The notes beneath the pieces are model-generated. The model saw nothing but the letters and a program-made list of their open reading frames with translations. It ran no database searches and was not told the origin of the DNA. Of a stretch of 64,000 nucleotides of DNA, positions 60,744-64,000 are shown one piece after another. Each line of letters starts with the position of its first letter. The stretch's first letter is position 1. A program made the position numbers and the translations under genes. Origin of the DNA: a virus (taxonomy: Duplodnaviria > Caudoviricetes); the IMG/VR virus record IMGVR_UViG_3300047625_000012, positions 183-64,182 of that record; one strand, 5' to 3'.

Positions 60744-60982
60744 CCGAAAGATCTCCGGGCGTCCGTCTCATTATCAAACAATCGGCAACCCCAGTAAGTG
60801 AGCCGCTCAGGGTCAAAGCACGCCGCGAATTCTGCATCCTCCAACGCCAGCTCACCACACGCAGATGGGAAATCCGGCGCCTCGATTGCACCATGCCGCA
60901 TCGCCTGTCCCGAGTCACCGCTGGCGGCGTAACCCTCGCTCCAGATTTCCCAAGTCTTCAAATTATCCACAGACTTACTCAC
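60740..60982 (-). CDS. Hypothetical protein
   Basis: WSEGY.A.G....A..F..AC...YWGCRLFDNE.DAR.SFG conserved phage motif. Confidence 0.75.
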   Translation of the reverse strand: MSKSVDNLKTWEIWSEGYAASGDSGQAMRHGAIEAPDFPSACGELALEDAEFAACFDPERLTYWGCRLFDNETDARRSFG

Positions 60983-61182
60983 AGTACGACCAGCTTCTCG
61001 GTGCTGCGTAATCCCAGCTTTTCCAGTAACTTACCGCTGGGGCTCATATGCTTTCCTTCCCGTAATTTCCACAGGTAAGAGCGGTGCACCCCCAGGGAGC
61101 GCGCTGCGGCTAGCATTCCTCCGTGTTCTGCTATGTATTTGATTACCCGTCGTTGCAGGAGAGTGAGGCTTTGTGGTTTCAT
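60979..61182 (-). CDS. Cro/XRE-like HTH regulator
   Basis: GGMLAAARSLGVHRSYLWKL..G...P...LL.KLGL; first gene of the divergent operon. Confidence 0.75.
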   Translation of the reverse strand: MKPQSLTLLQRRVIKYIAEHGGMLAAARSLGVHRSYLWKLREGKHMSPSGKLLEKLGLRSTEKLVVL

Positions 61183-61221
61183 AGAAGCGAAACATAGCAT
61201 GAAGCGGGGAGATAAAAAAGG

Positions 61222-61250
61222 TTGCATGGCTACGAAACCTATGGTCTAAT
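61222..61250 (+). promoter_or_regulatory. Candidate rightward early promoter in divergent intergenic region
   Basis: TTGCAT-N17-TCTAAT with TG extension; imperfect -10. Confidence 0.4.
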
Positions 61251-61295
61251 GTCCCTCAACGCGGAAAGACTCGCACAACGGATGGTAGAACGAAC

Positions 61296-61529
61296 ATGAA
61301 AACTCCCACATCAAACGCGCCTCCTCTTTATGTGTATGTGTACCCCACCGGAATGGAGCAATTTCCGGATGCCCTTGCGCAGGTTCGCGATCGGCTCGCA
61401 CAAGGAGCCACGCTCAATCTTGACACGTGCCGTAAGGCAGCACAGCCGTTTGGCTTGCACTCGGGGGCCTTCCTCGTAGAATTCGTAGACTATGTAGAGA
61501 AGCAAACGGGGATGGAAGTAACCCGCTGA
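61296..61529 (+). CDS. Hypothetical early protein
   Basis: First ORF after the divergent region. Confidence 0.65.
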   Translation: MKTPTSNAPPLYVYVYPTGMEQFPDALAQVRDRLAQGATLNLDTCRKAAQPFGLHSGAFLVEFVDYVEKQTGMEVTR

Positions 61530-61571
61530 CCCGCTTGACCGTAGAGCCCTGTAGTCAGACTGGAGACCCCG

Positions 61572-61739
61572 GTGAATAAGAACCTAAGCGACGTTCCGGA
61601 TAGTGTGGTCAGCGCTCATCACAGACGCTTGGCAGAGAAGGCCGAACTGATGCGGCACGGGTGGTATCCGGGGATGTCCGCGCGCCAGACCCGGGAGTTG
61701 AAAGCGGAGATCCAGGCCAGAAAAGACGCTAAGAAATAG
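61572..61739 (+). CDS. 55-aa hypothetical early protein
   Basis: GGAG RBS, GTG start, MNKNLSDVPDSVVSAHHRRL... Confidence 0.5.
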   Translation: MNKNLSDVPDSVVSAHHRRLAEKAELMRHGWYPGMSARQTRELKAEIQARKDAKK

Positions 61740-61843
61740 TCTGTAGTCAGCTCGAAAGCGTACGGCACCCGCCGCGCGCTTTCAGATGCCGACAGGCACC
61801 AACGACGCCCCCGTGATGCGGGCACTTTTGAAGGAATACGAAC

Positions 61844-62956
61844 ATGTCAGTTACTCTCATGCAGGCTTCTCACCAGTGGTCCACCCGTCCTTCCGATGAG
61901 CGTTTCGTGTCGCTCACGGACCTGGACGCGCACTGTCAGAACGTCAGGAGCCGCTCGCGCGCCATGACGCTCGATACCAAATCGATCAAGGCGGCCCCCG
62001 TCGAAGGCGACAACAACGGACTCGTGCTCACCGGCCCGAACGGCGCCGCGGTTGCCCCGACGCACTGGGCGTTCGGCCAGCTGGCGCAGCGTGCGGGGGC
62101 TCCCGCCGGCTACATCCGCGATTTGCCCGCACCGCTGGCGGCCGATTGCATCAACTACGGACTCACCACCCGCAGCGTCGAGGATATCGGCGTGCTGCTG
62201 TATAAGAACGGCGGCGCACCCGAAATCAAGGCGGTCACGGGTCCGGACTACGGACGCATCTGGAACGCTTCGATCACACACGCCCTGGTGGACCGCTTCG
62301 GGGACGGGCTCACCGGCCCTTTCAAGGTCCCGGGTGAGTTCGGCAAACGGGTTGCGGTCACCAAAGACAACACGACCCTCTACGCGTCCGACCGTGACAT
62401 GTTCGTGTTTCTGGCGGATGAGGAGCATCGCATCGACGTACCCAACCGTCGTGACGGAAAATCCGGCTCGCTGTCGCGCGGGTTCTTCGTGTGGAACTCC
62501 GAAGTAGGCAAGTGCAAATTCGGGATCGCCACGTTCCTGTTTGACTATGTGTGCTGCAACCGGATCGTCTGGGGTGCGGAAGGCTACGAGGAGATCACCA
62601 TCCGCCACACCTCACGGGCTCCGGAGCGCTGGGTTGATCAGGCGCTGCCTGCCCTGCAGGACTACGCCAACAGCTCCACAGCCGGCGTACGGACTGCGAT
62701 CGAGCACGCCATGGGCGCCAAGATCGGTAACGCGGAAACCCGCGCAGAGGACGTACAGAATTTTCTGGCGGCCCGGTTCACGAAGTCCGAAGTCTCGGCG
62801 ATCAAGGCGGCGCACCTGAGTGACGAGGGTCGGCCGATCGAGACCCTCTGGGACGCGGCAACCGGTGTGACGGCGTACGCCCGTTCGATTCCCTACCAGG
62901 ATGAGCGCGTGACGCTGGAGCGCGAAGGCGGCAAGATCCTGAAGCTGGCGGCGTAA
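61844..62956 (+). CDS. DUF932-like early protein
   Basis: W..RP.DERF, THW.FGQL, YGRIW, LYASDRDMFVFL, GFFVWNSEVG, VC.NR.VWG, IRH. Confidence 0.8.
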   Translation: MSVTLMQASHQWSTRPSDERFVSLTDLDAHCQNVRSRSRAMTLDTKSIKAAPVEGDNNGLVLTGPNGAAVAPTHWAFGQLAQRAGAPAGYIRDLPAPLAADCINYGLTTRSVEDIGVLLYKNGGAPEIKAVTGPDYGRIWNASITHALVDRFGDGLTGPFKVPGEFGKRVAVTKDNTTLYASDRDMFVFLADEEHRIDVPNRRDGKSGSLSRGFFVWNSEVGKCKFGIATFLFDYVCCNRIVWGAEGYEEITIRHTSRAPERWVDQALPALQDYANSSTAGVRTAIEHAMGAKIGNAETRAEDVQNFLAARFTKSEVSAIKAAHLSDEGRPIETLWDAATGVTAYARSIPYQDERVTLEREGGKILKLAA

Positions 62957-63014
62957 CTCACAACAACCGGGAGGGGTGCCCGCGGCCCCTCTTGAGCTAC
63001 GGACAACCCCGCAA

Positions 63015-63449
63015 ATGAACGCTACAAAATTCGTGCTGATTTTCCCCGCTCAATGGAAAGATGCCCGAGACCTTTGGGAAACTGTGCTCAACAGTGAGTG
63101 CGGTTCCTTGGCTCAAGCCGAAGGGTTCCTACATGACCGCCGTGCCAACGGGGAAGCCTTTGATGGGGAGCAGATATTAGAGTTGGAGAGTAAAGCCGAA
63201 AGAGTCTCAAACGTGAATATGCTGGATATGCTAGGTATCTCCATGGAGGAGCTACGCCACCTAGAGAACCGTGTAGCCGCGATAGAGGCCCCAGGGCCGC
63301 GTGAAGAAGCCTGCAACGTGTTCTGCGCGCGTCTGCAGGCAGCTGCGATGATCTACACCACCAACAAACTGCAGGATGCGTTGGATGGAGTAGCAGCTAC
63401 GATCGACAGCGCGACGACCCGTACTCTTGAAGAAGGACGAAAACTATGA
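63015..63449 (+). CDS. Hypothetical protein
   Basis: ORF following a GC hairpin; start uncertain. Confidence 0.55.
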   Translation: MNATKFVLIFPAQWKDARDLWETVLNSECGSLAQAEGFLHDRRANGEAFDGEQILELESKAERVSNVNMLDMLGISMEELRHLENRVAAIEAPGPREEACNVFCARLQAAAMIYTTNKLQDALDGVAATIDSATTRTLEEGRKL

Positions 63450-63712
63450 CTCCGCTTGAATTCGTAGACCATATGACCCCTTCGCAGCTGCACGTAACTG
63501 AGCAGCTGATCAAGGGCAGAACCAACCTGGAGATCGCCAACGCATTGCTCTTGAGTGAGAAGACTGTCAAGGCGCATCTGTCGGCGGTCTACAAGGGCAC
63601 CGAATGCGCCAACGCGCGGCAGTTCATCGTCTGGTACCTGACAGGTAACCGCCCCTGGATGCCCGAGCCGGCCAGCGACGTTGTAGCGTCTTCCGCAACG
63701 GTGACGACATGA
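63446..63712 (+). CDS. Stand-alone LuxR/GerE-type HTH protein
   Basis: MTPSQ..V..LI.G.TN.EIA..L.LSEKTVKAHLSAVYK. Confidence 0.85.
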   Translation: MTPLEFVDHMTPSQLHVTEQLIKGRTNLEIANALLLSEKTVKAHLSAVYKGTECANARQFIVWYLTGNRPWMPEPASDVVASSATVTT

Positions 63713-63969
63713 CGTACAGAACACCGGAAGAACTGACGCGGGTGCGCAGCAGAACGGGCGTCTTGCCGCTAAACGAGACGCACGCCGTAAACATGGAAAA
63801 GGAGTTCCAGGCCGGCATGCTGCGCCTTACCTGCCCTGACTGTGGCATATGGATAGAAATGCATCGGGAGCAGTACGCAAAAGTAGGCGCTCCCGGCATG
63901 AACTGCCCCAGTTCTGTCAGTCACGACGGGTTTGGTTGTCGCACATTCATGGAAGTGAGTCACGCATGA
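63709..63969 (+). CDS. Zn-ribbon hypothetical protein
   Basis: CPDCG ... CP......GC. Confidence 0.55.
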   Translation: MTYRTPEELTRVRSRTGVLPLNETHAVNMEKEFQAGMLRLTCPDCGIWIEMHREQYAKVGAPGMNCPSSVSHDGFGCRTFMEVSHA

Positions 63970-64000
63970 ACCGCACTCCTGTCAGTTCGTCGCTCATCAG

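Noticed and set aside
60979-61295. Lysogeny switch / temperate lifestyle
   Set aside because: A divergent HTH gene is present, but no integrase, CI with peptidase domain or partition genes were recognised; the missing part of the genome could still hold them

Overview
This window is most of a ~61% GC tailed-phage genome with a podovirus-type, Bcep22/P22-like virion module, cut inside its early region. The host is probably a proteobacterium (inferred from CsrA, PhaR-like and FN3 genes). + strand 1-15.4 kb holds host-takeover and replication genes: PhaR-like DNA-binding domain, CsrA, J-domain protein, UDG-fused family-A DNA polymerase, ThyX, PD-(D/E)XK exonuclease, Sak4-like ATPase, SSB, SF2 helicase and resolvase. 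- strand 15.4-55.8 kb holds ejection proteins, tail, lysis genes, capsid, scaffold, GroES, portal and TerL, then about 9 kb of tiny genes, then TerS. - strand 56-61 kb holds a primase-helicase, a putative origin, a methyltransferase-like gene and an HTH regulator. + strand 61.3-64 kb holds early genes (DUF932, LuxR-HTH). No integrase, CRISPR array or standard tRNA was seen. Main observations: (1) the TerS-TerL island encodes stand-alone fragments of the phage's own major capsid protein, two of them fused to twin-arginine leaders, plus a probable portal fragment and a possible terminase fragment, next to a nucleotide-sponge-like gene, suggesting a decoy anti-defence system; (2) a circularly permuted tRNA mimic with no anticodon loop is framed exactly by a sigma70 promoter and a U-tract; (3) a recurrent [FYML]-[AS]-x-GG-x-V motif occurs in six virion-module proteins together with a JAB-like metallopeptidase; (4) adjacent PhaR-like and CsrA genes may redirect host carbon storage. 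All family assignments come from motif recognition by eye, not database searches.
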